A DNA stretch of 64,000 bases from a virus (taxonomy: Duplodnaviria; Caudoviricetes). This document shows positions 9,188-17,796 of the stretch, piece by piece (position 1 is the stretch's first letter; the number at the start of each line of letters is the position of its first letter). The stretch is from positions 1-64,000 of the IMG/VR virus record IMGVR_UViG_3300027994_000006; one strand, 5' to 3'. The notes below the pieces were generated by a model. The model saw only the letters and a program-made list of their open reading frames with translations. It ran no database searches and was not told where the DNA came from. A program made the translations under genes and the position numbers.

Positions 9188-9210
9188 ACTAATAATTAAA
9201 GAGTAAAGAA

Positions 9211-9522
9211 ATGAAAAAATACACAAAAAAGTTTATTGAATATAAGAATGCTACAACTGTTAAGTTAGAAAATAAAAGAGTTTCTGTAATATCTAAGCCT
9301 GATTATGGTTTTCAATTGCAGTTTATTTCGTCTTCTGAGATAGGCGATATAAACGAGCCACGATCAAGGCATAAAATACTTAAAAATAAATTTATAGAAA
9401 CATCATTAGATCTGAGTGATGAAGCATTAATTTCTTTGAAACTATGTATTGATAGGGAACTTAGTAAAAGAGACTTAAATTTCTTTGAGAAGCATTCAGA
9501 TATAATTACTAAATGTAAATAA
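9211..9522 (+). CDS. Hypothetical phage protein
   Basis: ORF track. Confidence 0.55.
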   Translation: MKKYTKKFIEYKNATTVKLENKRVSVISKPDYGFQLQFISSSEIGDINEPRSRHKILKNKFIETSLDLSDEALISLKLCIDRELSKRDLNFFEKHSDIITKCK

Positions 9523-9584
9523 AAACCGAATCTTAATTACGGAAACCCGTAAACAAAACCAAAACCTAATAACTATTTTTGATT

Positions 9585-9719
9585 ATGAGTTTAAAAGATT
9601 ATAGACCACGAGACTTCGACGAATATTTATTTTTAGGAATATTATTAGCAACACTTGTATTCATAATATATGTATTATTCTGGAGCAGATATGATCTTTT
9701 AATCATATTTCCTAACTAA
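9585..9719 (+). CDS. Small single-TM protein, 44 aa, missing from the ORF track
   Basis: MSLKDYRPRDFDEYLFLGILLATLVFIIYVLFWSRYDLLIIFPN*. Confidence 0.4.
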   Translation: MSLKDYRPRDFDEYLFLGILLATLVFIIYVLFWSRYDLLIIFPN

Positions 9720-9989
9720 AAGTTCTGCCATTAACTTGATTTGATTTTGGTAATATTCAACCATCAAATCAAGTTCTTCCTGGCTTGTAGCATCAAGGCG
9801 CATAGATGTCGATTTTAAGAATTCCAAAGCATTGTCCGCACGTTTTATCATAGCTTCGTTGGAAACGTTCTTGCTTTCATTAACAACTAGACCTTTCTTT
9901 TTTATAAAAGATGCTAATTCTTGTAATATACCATTTTCGATATTTTCCTTTTGTTGTTTAGTAAGCATCATAATATTAGAATCTGACAC
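9699..9989 (-). CDS. Hypothetical protein, last gene of the CI-led operon
   Basis: ORF track; overlaps the upstream gene. Confidence 0.55.
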   Translation of the reverse strand: MSDSNIMMLTKQQKENIENGILQELASFIKKKGLVVNESKNVSNEAMIKRADNALEFLKSTSMRLDATSQEELDLMVEYYQNQIKLMAELLVRKYD

Positions 9990-10350
9990 CTTGGTCTTTT
10001 AATAAGTAGATTTCTTTATGTAAAATATCTGTCGTCAGTTTTTCATCGTGAACTAAATCATAAGCATATTTTAAATAATCAAATATTTCACTGTCGGCTT
10101 CTGCTGCCAGATAAACGTAAAGCTCAGACCTATATTCATTCTCAAAGTATTCCTCATCAAATGTCATCGGATGATCTGCAGCTATTTCCCATTTAGTTCT
10201 GAAATAACCATCAAATTCAATATTTTTTTGGACAGCAGCATATTGCAAAAGTCCAATTGCATTCTCAAAAAATAAAGTCGGAATGTCACCGTTGTCTTTC
10301 CAGGCTTGTTGAATTAAATTTAGTGTATCTTCTTTTGTCATATCATTCAA
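9976..10350 (-). CDS. Hypothetical acidic protein in the CI-led operon
   Basis: ORF track; overlaps the SRAP stop codon. Confidence 0.6.
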   Translation of the reverse strand: MNDMTKEDTLNLIQQAWKDNGDIPTLFFENAIGLLQYAAVQKNIEFDGYFRTKWEIAADHPMTFDEEYFENEYRSELYVYLAAEADSEIFDYLKYAYDLVHDEKLTTDILHKEIYLLKDQGVRF

Positions 10351-10973
10351 AATAAACTGTTCGGAACTTTCTCAGGCTCCAAATTGACATATTCTATATT
10401 AGGAGAATAGTTAGGAAACTGAAATTCTTCAATAGGTTTTTGATTAAGAAAATCTATGCCAACTTTTTCATCTAAAGTAATAATCATTCGATTATGAATT
10501 TCAGCTTGTACCGGATTAGGCAAAGTGGTGACCAATCCAAATCCTATATTACCATCGGAATAAATATCATAATAAGCAGCAATGTAAAATTGCACTTTAT
10601 CCTTCCAAAACATTTCATGCTTTGCTTTTATCGGTGTTTTCTTTCCTGGGAGAAATATAGTTTTATGTTCATAATAAGATGATGCCGGAATCAAACATCT
10701 GTTATTTTGAATCTTCTTGTAAAAGGAATGGGTCTTTTCTGACTGTAGGTTTTTACCACGTGTTGGTGCATCTGCTTTTTCCTGGACGCCCCAAAAAGTA
10801 TTTGTGAGAATTATACCATTATGATTTACAATTGTTGGGATAGTTGGTTTAGATGCGATAGTAAAAGCATTTACATTTCCAAGCGTATAATCAGTCGTAT
10901 CATATTCTTCTGCATCAAAATCTCGCATCGCTTTTCGCAGATCTACGCCTTTAGAATTGAAGTTGTAGCACAT
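10347..10973 (-). CDS. SOS response-associated peptidase (SRAP/HMCES/YedK family, abasic-site protection)
   Basis: ATG at 10973 gives M-C-Y-N (catalytic Cys2); RCLIPASSYYE and IHNRM motifs. Confidence 0.85.
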   Translation of the reverse strand: MCYNFNSKGVDLRKAMRDFDAEEYDTTDYTLGNVNAFTIASKPTIPTIVNHNGIILTNTFWGVQEKADAPTRGKNLQSEKTHSFYKKIQNNRCLIPASSYYEHKTIFLPGKKTPIKAKHEMFWKDKVQFYIAAYYDIYSDGNIGFGLVTTLPNPVQAEIHNRMIITLDEKVGIDFLNQKPIEEFQFPNYSPNIEYVNLEPEKVPNSLF

Positions 10974-11011
10974 AGTCAAATATTTAGAAAATCTAAATTA
11001 CAAAAATTGTT

Positions 11012-11350
11012 CTAATCCGGATATTCTTCAAATTTATTTTCCTCTCTTTCCTTATTTTCCCTAATAGTATTTTGAGCCCAATTGTATTCACCCTTCTGAT
11101 GTCGGCTGCTTTTATTTGGTGGTCTTGCAGGAATTAAAACTTGTTTTAGCCAAAATTTACCAAGCTTTAAACTAAAATAATCTATCGATTGCAATCTTAC
11201 TTCAAAGACAACCATCTGACTAACTGATAAATTTTCAACATCAAACTTCATACTATCTGTGTAAAAAACATCAATTTCTTGCTTCTTATCTGAAGTTATA
11301 AGTCTTATTTGATCTACGTGTTTGGATTTTATTTCGCCAGCAATTTCCAT
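11012..11350 (-). CDS. Hypothetical protein, possibly OB-fold
   Basis: MEIAGEIK... start and alternating beta-strand pattern resemble DUF3127-type SSB-like proteins; weak. Confidence 0.4.
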   Translation of the reverse strand: MEIAGEIKSKHVDQIRLITSDKKQEIDVFYTDSMKFDVENLSVSQMVVFEVRLQSIDYFSLKLGKFWLKQVLIPARPPNKSSRHQKGEYNWAQNTIRENKEREENKFEEYPD

Positions 11351-11439
11351 CCTCCAAAGTTGTTAAATTTTCAAACAATGGAAAAATAATTCTTGTTACA
11401 AATTTGAACAAAATAAAAGTGAGATGTAAAATTATCGTT

Positions 11440-11913
11440 TTATTTATTCAAATACCATTCATAAGGAATAAATGGAATTGAGTTCCGAAAAAGTAAGATG
11501 TAATCTGGTTCAATTTCATCAATATGGCCGTTCTTGATTCTTGATATCCGTGTTGTATTTATGCCTGTTTTACGGGACAACTCCCCAATAGTCAGTTCAT
11601 ATACATCTAATAGTGCTTCAATCTTTTGCTGTGCAGTATTTGTTTTCTTCTTATATTTTTTAAAACGTTGCTCAAAATATTCCTTCCCATTTTGCCACAT
11701 TTCGCCTTTGCCATTATACAGCCATTCTATATTGACAGGGTAACGTGCTATTATTTTATTTAAAGTTTCTAAACTTGGAAAATGCTTTCCACTAATATAT
11801 TCCGGGACTACCTGCGTCCTTAATAATCCACAACGCTTTGCAAATAAATTATTTGTAATACCCAGATGATTAATTAACTTTTCCAGTTGCTTTCCAAATT
11901 TATTATTCTCCAT
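11440..11913 (-). CDS. XRE-family regulator with two HTH domains
   Basis: GITNNLFAKRCGL...EYISGKHFPSLETL and LTIGELSRKTGINTTRISRIKNG. Confidence 0.8.
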   Translation of the reverse strand: MENNKFGKQLEKLINHLGITNNLFAKRCGLLRTQVVPEYISGKHFPSLETLNKIIARYPVNIEWLYNGKGEMWQNGKEYFEQRFKKYKKKTNTAQQKIEALLDVYELTIGELSRKTGINTTRISRIKNGHIDEIEPDYILLFRNSIPFIPYEWYLNK

Positions 11914-11923
11914 TTATTATTAT

Positions 11924-12499
11924 TTATTTGGTTATTATATTATTCTCCTTCATTAGATTTTTAAAATCCAAAATCGCATCATCTATATTATTCAATTTCT
12001 CCATTAAAAGGATTTGAACAGCTATCGGTAGTGATTTTTTATATGCAGCACCGGACTCATTGACACCATCTTGTGTATGCGACGGATTCAGCATTATTCC
12101 TTTACCGTGCATTATATACTGTTTATTTATTCTTGGAAATACCTGTGATATTAATTCGATTTTATCCTTATCAATATTTTGTAAATTATCAAAATAACCT
12201 TCCACAATATTTGTCTCCCTATAGATAGTCTCTAAGTCTAATCCAAGTGCATTGAAAGCCTGGAACAATCTGTCTGCAGAAGTTTCTATCAAAAGAGTTC
12301 CTTCCATTCCGTTACTAAGAATATAATTAGCATTAATGTTTGGAAATTTATCTTTCAATTTCGACACCTCTATTTTAGGCCTTTTCTTCCAATTTGAAAC
12401 AGCTTGAGAGTTAATTCCCAATTCTTTTGCCAGCTCGCTATAGTTTTTTAAGCCAAAAGCTAAATTTATCTCGTTGATTATCTGCTCATTAGTCTTCAT
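11924..12499 (-). CDS. CI-like phage repressor
   Basis: N-terminal LKNYSELAKELGINSQAVSNWKKR HTH; divergent from the Cro-position gene; ATG at 12499. Confidence 0.75.
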   Translation of the reverse strand: MKTNEQIINEINLAFGLKNYSELAKELGINSQAVSNWKKRPKIEVSKLKDKFPNINANYILSNGMEGTLLIETSADRLFQAFNALGLDLETIYRETNIVEGYFDNLQNIDKDKIELISQVFPRINKQYIMHGKGIMLNPSHTQDGVNESGAAYKKSLPIAVQILLMEKLNNIDDAILDFKNLMKENNIITK

Positions 12500-12503
12500 A
12501 AGT

Positions 12504-12548
12504 AACAAATTGTGTATTAATATTTCAAAATATGAAACAAATTGTGTA
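12504..12548. promoter_or_regulatory. Candidate repressor operators: 13-bp direct repeat AACAAATTGTGTA x2
   Basis: Exact copies at 12504-12516 and 12536-12548 in the CI/Cro intergenic region; a TACTTTTG box on minus at 12627-12634 could drive CI. Confidence 0.55.
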
Positions 12549-12726
12549 ATATTGCAATAGAGTTTAAATCAAATCAATTAAGACGTTTTTAAATAAAAAC
12601 AAATACTATTGTGTTCAATTCTGAAGCAAAAGTAAACAAAAATGTTTATAAATAATGCAATGCAATGTTAATTAATTTTAAACGATTGTAAATAAATGCA
12701 TTTGAATATATGAAAATCGGATAATT

Positions 12727-13038
12727 ATGGATGAAAAAAATATAGAAAATAATTCTCATTTACTTCAAAAATCAACAGAAAAACACACATTTTTATGGAT
12801 TGAACTAATTAAAAAACACATATTTCCATCATTACTTAATGAGATTAAGAAATTAATTCCAAAAATAAGCGGTGATGAGTTAATGACAATTGAACAGGTT
12901 TGTAAATTTTTTCAGAAAAGCAAATCTACCATTTGGAAATGGACAAAGGATGAAGTTATTATAGGATATAAAATGAAGGGGACAGTCTATTATAAGAGAA
13001 GTGAAATTTACAATACAATAGATAAAAACAAAATTTAA
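12727..13038 (+). CDS. Excisionase-like (MerR/HTH_17) DNA-binding protein in the Cro position
   Basis: LMTIEQVCKFFQKSKSTIWKWTKDEVI.GYK.KGTVYYKRSEI. Confidence 0.75.
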   Translation: MDEKNIENNSHLLQKSTEKHTFLWIELIKKHIFPSLLNEIKKLIPKISGDELMTIEQVCKFFQKSKSTIWKWTKDEVIIGYKMKGTVYYKRSEIYNTIDKNKI

Positions 13039-13053
13039 CCCTAAGTTATTATT

Positions 13054-13422
13054 ATGAACACATTACAGAAAAAAGATTACCGTTGGGAAACAGACCAAAA
13101 GATTGATTACAGAGATTATATAGACAACCTTCCATTTGAAGCCTTCATATTGAAAGTAGTTGCGAAAAGTCCCACAGAAGGCTCCGGCGAAGGATTTATA
13201 AATAAAGGAGGAACACTATCTTTTAGAGTAGGGTGCAGCCTGGATTTAGTTTACACCGAGGAAGGCGACAAGCACGGATTTTCATACTCGAAGTCAACAA
13301 CAGATCTTTTAGAGATTTTGGATTCTAAAGGAAAAACCATTTCTTATTCAGAATCAGAGGATATTATCATTCGGAACTTACTGAATCATAAAATTGTATT
13401 CAGCATCAAAAAAGACTTTTAA
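13054..13422 (+). CDS. Hypothetical phage protein
   Basis: ORF track. Confidence 0.55.
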   Translation: MNTLQKKDYRWETDQKIDYRDYIDNLPFEAFILKVVAKSPTEGSGEGFINKGGTLSFRVGCSLDLVYTEEGDKHGFSYSKSTTDLLEILDSKGKTISYSESEDIIIRNLLNHKIVFSIKKDF

Positions 13423-13450
13423 AAAATAAACCAATTAAAAAAAAATAGAT

Positions 13451-13606
13451 ATGTACACTTACAACATTACATGGAACGACAAAGTAAATCCTAAACCTTA
13501 TAACCAGAGCTGTCACATTCAGGCAGACGATATGGTTTCATTAGGATTAAAGTTCAACCAACTTCATCCAATGGGAATAGTTCTCGGATTAAAACTTAAT
13601 GATTAA
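13451..13606 (+). CDS. Small hypothetical protein, 51 aa, missing from the ORF track
   Basis: MYTYNITWNDKVNPKPYNQSCHIQADDMVSLGLKFNQLHPMGIVLGLKLND* fills the gap. Confidence 0.5.
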   Translation: MYTYNITWNDKVNPKPYNQSCHIQADDMVSLGLKFNQLHPMGIVLGLKLND

Positions 13607-13623
13607 TTAATAACACAAAATAA

Positions 13624-14583
13624 ATGAGTACAACCGATATTCAAACCACAGCTAATACCAGCGTTGAAAAACCAGCAAAAAATATTCAGTCGCTTTTACA
13701 GAGCGATATGGTAAAAGGCCGGCTTAACGAGATTTTAGGAAAAAAAGCGTCCACTTTCGCCACTTCCGTAATTCAAATTGCCAATAGTAATGATTTATTA
13801 AGAAAAGCTGAACCACAATCAGTATTAAACGCAGCATTATTAGCAACTACTTTAGACCTGCCGCTTAATAATTCATTAGGTTTCGCCTATATAGTACCGT
13901 TCAACAACAAGCAGGCGAATGGGAGTTATCAAGTAGAAGCGCAATTTCAATTAGGCTACAAGGGATTTCAGCAATTAGCAATTAGAAGCAATCAATACCT
14001 GGAATTGGAAGCCAAAGCAGTTTATGAAGGACAAGTAGTACAAGACGAATCTTTCTTAGGGTTTCATTTTGACTGGAAGGCGAAAACATCAGAGAAAGTA
14101 GTTGGTTATGCGTCTTATTTCAAACTAAACAGCGGATTTGAAAGCACTTATTATATGTCAATGGAAGATGTTGAGAAACACGCTAAAAAATATTCTCAGA
14201 CTTACAAGAAAGGATTTGGAAACTGGAAAGACGACTTCGATAAAATGGCAAAAAAAACTGTAATTAAGTTACTTCTTAATTCCGGAAAAGCGCCATTGTC
14301 TATCGAGATGCAAAAAGCAGTACAGGCTGACCAAAGTGTAGTGAAAAATTATGATGGCGAAGATACTATTGATGTAGATTATATCGACAATACAGAAGTT
14401 ACCACAACACAGGTTCCAGATGACGAAAAAGAACTACAAAGATTACGTGACCATTTAGATACAATTCTATCAGAAGAAGAACTGAATGATTTGGAAAGCA
14501 GTTTTCCAATGTTACTTCCAGAACAGAAAGTATTGATTGATGAGAAAAGAAAGGCTATCAAGGCGAAACTTAAAACGAAATAA
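13624..14583 (+). CDS. recT: RecT-family single-strand annealing recombinase
   Basis: LLRKAEPQSVLNAALLATTLDLPLNNSLGFAYIVPF...AQFQLGYKG...WKDDFDKMAKKTVIK. Confidence 0.92.
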   Translation: MSTTDIQTTANTSVEKPAKNIQSLLQSDMVKGRLNEILGKKASTFATSVIQIANSNDLLRKAEPQSVLNAALLATTLDLPLNNSLGFAYIVPFNNKQANGSYQVEAQFQLGYKGFQQLAIRSNQYLELEAKAVYEGQVVQDESFLGFHFDWKAKTSEKVVGYASYFKLNSGFESTYYMSMEDVEKHAKKYSQTYKKGFGNWKDDFDKMAKKTVIKLLLNSGKAPLSIEMQKAVQADQSVVKNYDGEDTIDVDYIDNTEVTTTQVPDDEKELQRLRDHLDTILSEEELNDLESSFPMLLPEQKVLIDEKRKAIKAKLKTK

Positions 14584-14585
14584 TT

Positions 14586-14864
14586 ATGGATGGAATTTTA
14601 AATCAACAGGATAGTCACATGTTAGCAAATAGCATAGACCATTTTCAATCAGTCCAACATCAGGTTAAATTAGATTTACTGATTGGAGAAGAGCAAATGA
14701 TTTATGTTAAAACATTCAATCTTATGCCTTATAAAGATGGTGACCAATGGTGTGTATTGCTTGGAGAAAATTTACAAGAAGGAATTGCAGGATTTGGAGA
14801 AACACCATTAAAAGCCATTTTAGATTTCAATACTAATTTCTCTACAAATAAAACCATACAATAA
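14586..14864 (+). CDS. Hypothetical phage protein
   Basis: ORF track; DGDQWCVLLGENLQEGIAGFGETP looks like a conserved phage motif. Confidence 0.6.
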   Translation: MDGILNQQDSHMLANSIDHFQSVQHQVKLDLLIGEEQMIYVKTFNLMPYKDGDQWCVLLGENLQEGIAGFGETPLKAILDFNTNFSTNKTIQ

Positions 14865-14865
14865 T

Positions 14866-15180
14866 ATGGAAGAAACAATAATAAACGTTCAGAATTATTT
14901 CATTGAAAAAATTGTTGCTGAAGATTTTAAATCCGTTTCAGAAGAAAAGGACACAGGCTGGACAAAACATAACATAATAGTTGATGAAAAATATACATTT
15001 AATTTAAGTTACTTGTCTGATAAAGAATTAGTTTGTTTTCACGGAGGCTTTATTTTAATTGACCAAAATGATGTTAGATTAGTTTCTGCACTTAAAAAAT
15101 TATCCGCTGACTTTATAATTTCAAATAAAGATTTAAAGATTGAAAAACTTAAATCCGAATTAGAAAAATTACAATCATAA
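14866..15180 (+). CDS. Hypothetical phage protein
   Basis: ORF track. Confidence 0.55.
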   Translation: MEETIINVQNYFIEKIVAEDFKSVSEEKDTGWTKHNIIVDEKYTFNLSYLSDKELVCFHGGFILIDQNDVRLVSALKKLSADFIISNKDLKIEKLKSELEKLQS

Positions 15181-16205
15181 TGACTAAAAACCCAGAAGAT
15201 TTCCGTTTTAGAACACACTATTTGGGAGATTTTGCCACAGAACCTAAGATTAACAACGCCAAGAAGTATGCAGATGCGGTCGAAAGACTGGCCGAGCTGA
15301 AGGAAAAGGATGACGCAGGAAAAAGATTAGGTTCTGTACAGGCAAAAGATCTCACAGAATTACCAGCACAGATAGAAATACTAAAAGATTTGAAAGATAT
15401 TCCAACGCTTTCACAAACAGCACAGAAACGTATCAACAAGTGCAAACGTGAATGGAAATACAACATTACTGAGAACCTGGATAATAAGTATGTTAGTAAA
15501 GGATTGATGTGTGAGGAAGATGCAATCTCTCTCAATTCCAAACTGGAAGGCGTGATGATGGTTAAAAATAAACTGAAAGAACAAAACGCCTACATAGCAG
15601 GGGAGTGGGATATTGATTGGAACAGCAAAACCTTAGGAAAAGTAATAGACGATACGAAAGTCTCATACAACGCTCAAAGTTTTGATGATACAACATCAGT
15701 GAAAAAACCTTATTACTGGCAGGGAACAGGTTATATGTGGCTTACGGATGCGGATTATGCAAGGATAGTTCACGTATTAGTCAACACGCCACCAGAATTA
15801 GTAATTGCCGAGCATAACAATATGCTTTACAAGTTAAAACCCAAAGGTCAAGAATTACAAGAGTTTGCGTTTTCAGATGAAGGGACTAAAATCAGAACGC
15901 AATACTTCAGAAATCACACCTATACAGACAGCGGATGGATAGAAAATGCAGTTGGTGATGGCTTTGAATTTTTAAAGAAAGGCTATTGGGAGTATTTGGT
16001 AGACACACAACTTTTAGATGGTAATTTTCCATTTGTGCCAATACCGGATAACCAAAGACGAAAAGTTTTCCAGTTCAAAAGAAATGAGGACGACATCGCC
16101 TACATAGAAAAGAAACTCATCATAGCAAGAGAAGCATTTTTTCGCTCGTTAGATGACGATTCTGAAATGATTTACGACTTAACAAAAGAGGATTTTGAAA
16201 ATTAA
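15180..16205 (+). CDS. PD-(D/E)xK exonuclease (lambda-Exo/YqaJ-like), likely RecT partner
   Basis: KGLMCEEDAI...AGEWDI...IDDTKVS...YYWQGTGYMWLT match lambda-exonuclease motifs. Confidence 0.75.
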   Translation: MTKNPEDFRFRTHYLGDFATEPKINNAKKYADAVERLAELKEKDDAGKRLGSVQAKDLTELPAQIEILKDLKDIPTLSQTAQKRINKCKREWKYNITENLDNKYVSKGLMCEEDAISLNSKLEGVMMVKNKLKEQNAYIAGEWDIDWNSKTLGKVIDDTKVSYNAQSFDDTTSVKKPYYWQGTGYMWLTDADYARIVHVLVNTPPELVIAEHNNMLYKLKPKGQELQEFAFSDEGTKIRTQYFRNHTYTDSGWIENAVGDGFEFLKKGYWEYLVDTQLLDGNFPFVPIPDNQRRKVFQFKRNEDDIAYIEKKLIIAREAFFRSLDDDSEMIYDLTKEDFEN

Positions 16206-16223
16206 TTATAAAAACAAATTACT

Positions 16224-16664
16224 ATGACACACTTATTTTATTTCACAGCATTAATATTTCTAATATATGAAATCCATTTCCTTCTAACATTAAAAAGTCA
16301 ATATAAAAAAGGCATTGAATTTAATAAATTATCCAAAGAAAATGATGATAAAAAATGGGATGATATGTCGGATGAATATAAAACTAGGATTAAGAATCGG
16401 TTGTTTTTAATACCTTTTTTAATTTGGACATTCATTGGTTTATTTACATCACAATGGATAGGTTTTCTGCTTTTTATAGTATTTCAATATGTTATTATTT
16501 ACCCATTGAATAAGTTGGTCGGGTTTTCACCAATTAGACTTTTAACGACTGGAATAAACACAATTGTGGGAATCCTATTTCCATTATTTATAATCATTAA
16601 CCATTATCATTTGCACCTTGATACTTATCAGATTTTTATGGATTTATTAAGTAAAATTTTATAA
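16224..16664 (+). CDS. Multi-pass membrane protein
   Basis: Three to four hydrophobic segments. Confidence 0.65.
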   Translation: MTHLFYFTALIFLIYEIHFLLTLKSQYKKGIEFNKLSKENDDKKWDDMSDEYKTRIKNRLFLIPFLIWTFIGLFTSQWIGFLLFIVFQYVIIYPLNKLVGFSPIRLLTTGINTIVGILFPLFIIINHYHLHLDTYQIFMDLLSKIL

Positions 16665-16668
16665 TCAC

Positions 16669-16956
16669 TTGGAAATCGGCAGTCGAGTTCTATGCGTAGA
16701 TGACTCAATCAAACAAGGTCTTAATATTGAAGAGTTTCACAAAGACTATGAGCAATGGATTAAGAAAGGCAACTAGTACACCATTCGTCAGATAAACGAT
16801 AACAACGGAATTGTGACAAGTGTTCTCTTGGAAGAGATCAAGAATCCAATCCGATACTTCCATTCAATAAATAACTTCCAGGAATCATCTTTTAAAATTG
16901 ACGGGTTCAGAGAATTAGAAAGTGAGGTTGTTAAAGCGACAACTGAGGAATTATAA
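16669..16956 (+). pseudogene. 96-codon phage ORF interrupted by one in-frame TAG (16774-16776)
   Basis: LEIGSRVLCVDDS...WIKKGN*YTIRQINDNNGIVTSVLLEEIKNP...TTEEL*; it fills the gap between two genes almost exactly. Confidence 0.65.
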
Positions 16957-16970
16957 TTAATAAATTAACA

Positions 16971-17237
16971 ATGAAAACAATTTATAAATACGCAATAAAA
17001 CCGGAAGAATTAACACAGCTTAATTTACCAATGGGTGCAGAAATATTGACAGTTCAATCTCAAAAAAACAACGTTTGTTTATGGGCCTTAATTGATACGG
17101 ATATGGATGAACCAGAAGCCAGAACCATAGAAATAATTGCCACGGGAAACCAAATAATTGATTCTGGAAGAAAATACATATCTACATTTCAATTATACGA
17201 TGGTGACTTAGTTTTTCACGCTTTTGAAAGATTGTAA
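16971..17237 (+). CDS. Conserved phage hypothetical protein (MKTIYKY... family)
   Basis: MKTIYKY...LPMGAEILTVQSQ...CLWALID...YISTFQL...LVFHAFE. Confidence 0.7.
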   Translation: MKTIYKYAIKPEELTQLNLPMGAEILTVQSQKNNVCLWALIDTDMDEPEARTIEIIATGNQIIDSGRKYISTFQLYDGDLVFHAFERL

Positions 17238-17259
17238 TTAATAAAAATCTCCTACACAA

Positions 17260-17517
17260 ATGCAAGCAATACAATTCATACAAATAAACCCGCAGGATTT
17301 CAAAGAAGAAATTATCAATGGTTTTTTAAAAGCGATTGGTAAACCAAAAGATGAAGAGATTCTACTTACTCAACAAGAAGTTGCTGATTTTTATAAAGTA
17401 TCAAAAGCAACTATCATAAAATGGCAGAAGTCTGGAAAGATAAACGCTTATTCCATAGACAACGAAAGACGCTATAAAAAAAGTGAATTATTGTCGGCTT
17501 TAATTTTAATGAAATAG
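17260..17517 (+). CDS. Excisionase-like HTH protein (candidate Xis)
   Basis: LLTQQEVADFYKVSKATIIKWQKSGKI.AY...RRYKKSEL; immediately upstream of attP and the integrase. Confidence 0.8.
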   Translation: MQAIQFIQINPQDFKEEIINGFLKAIGKPKDEEILLTQQEVADFYKVSKATIIKWQKSGKINAYSIDNERRYKKSELLSALILMK

Positions 17518-17542
17518 GTCTAAAATAACAATACTAAAAACA

Positions 17543-17770
17543 TTGCAGACTAAATGTAGGCTAATATTAAAAATAAAAAACTCTAAAATACTATGGATAA
17601 GCAGATTAGAGTTTTAATAAGTGACCTCGACAGGACTACATTCAATTAAATCATTTATAATCAAATAGAATAAAAACGTTTTAATTAATTGATTCTATGA
17701 TACTTTAAATACGTTTTAATTAAACCTTATTCAATATCATTAAATCAATTGTCGGCTAAATGTCGGCTTT
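17543..17770. other. attP site: core GTGACCTCGACAGGA (17621-17635) with integrase arm repeats
   Basis: The reverse complement TCCTGTCGAGGTCAC is a tRNA T-stem plus acceptor 3' end (recalled as Flavobacteriales tRNA-Arg(ACG); needs checking). Tandem TGYVGRCT repeats lie on both sides (17543-17564, 17749-17770), and ACGTTTTAATTAA occurs twice (17676, 17711). Confidence 0.75.
17577..17614. terminator. Inverted repeat AAAACTCTAA...TTAGAGTTTT beside the att core
   Basis: 10-bp perfect IR, positioned to follow the reconstituted tRNA 3' end after integration. Confidence 0.45.
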
Positions 17771-17796
17771 TATATATCTTTGTTGAAAATTAAAAG

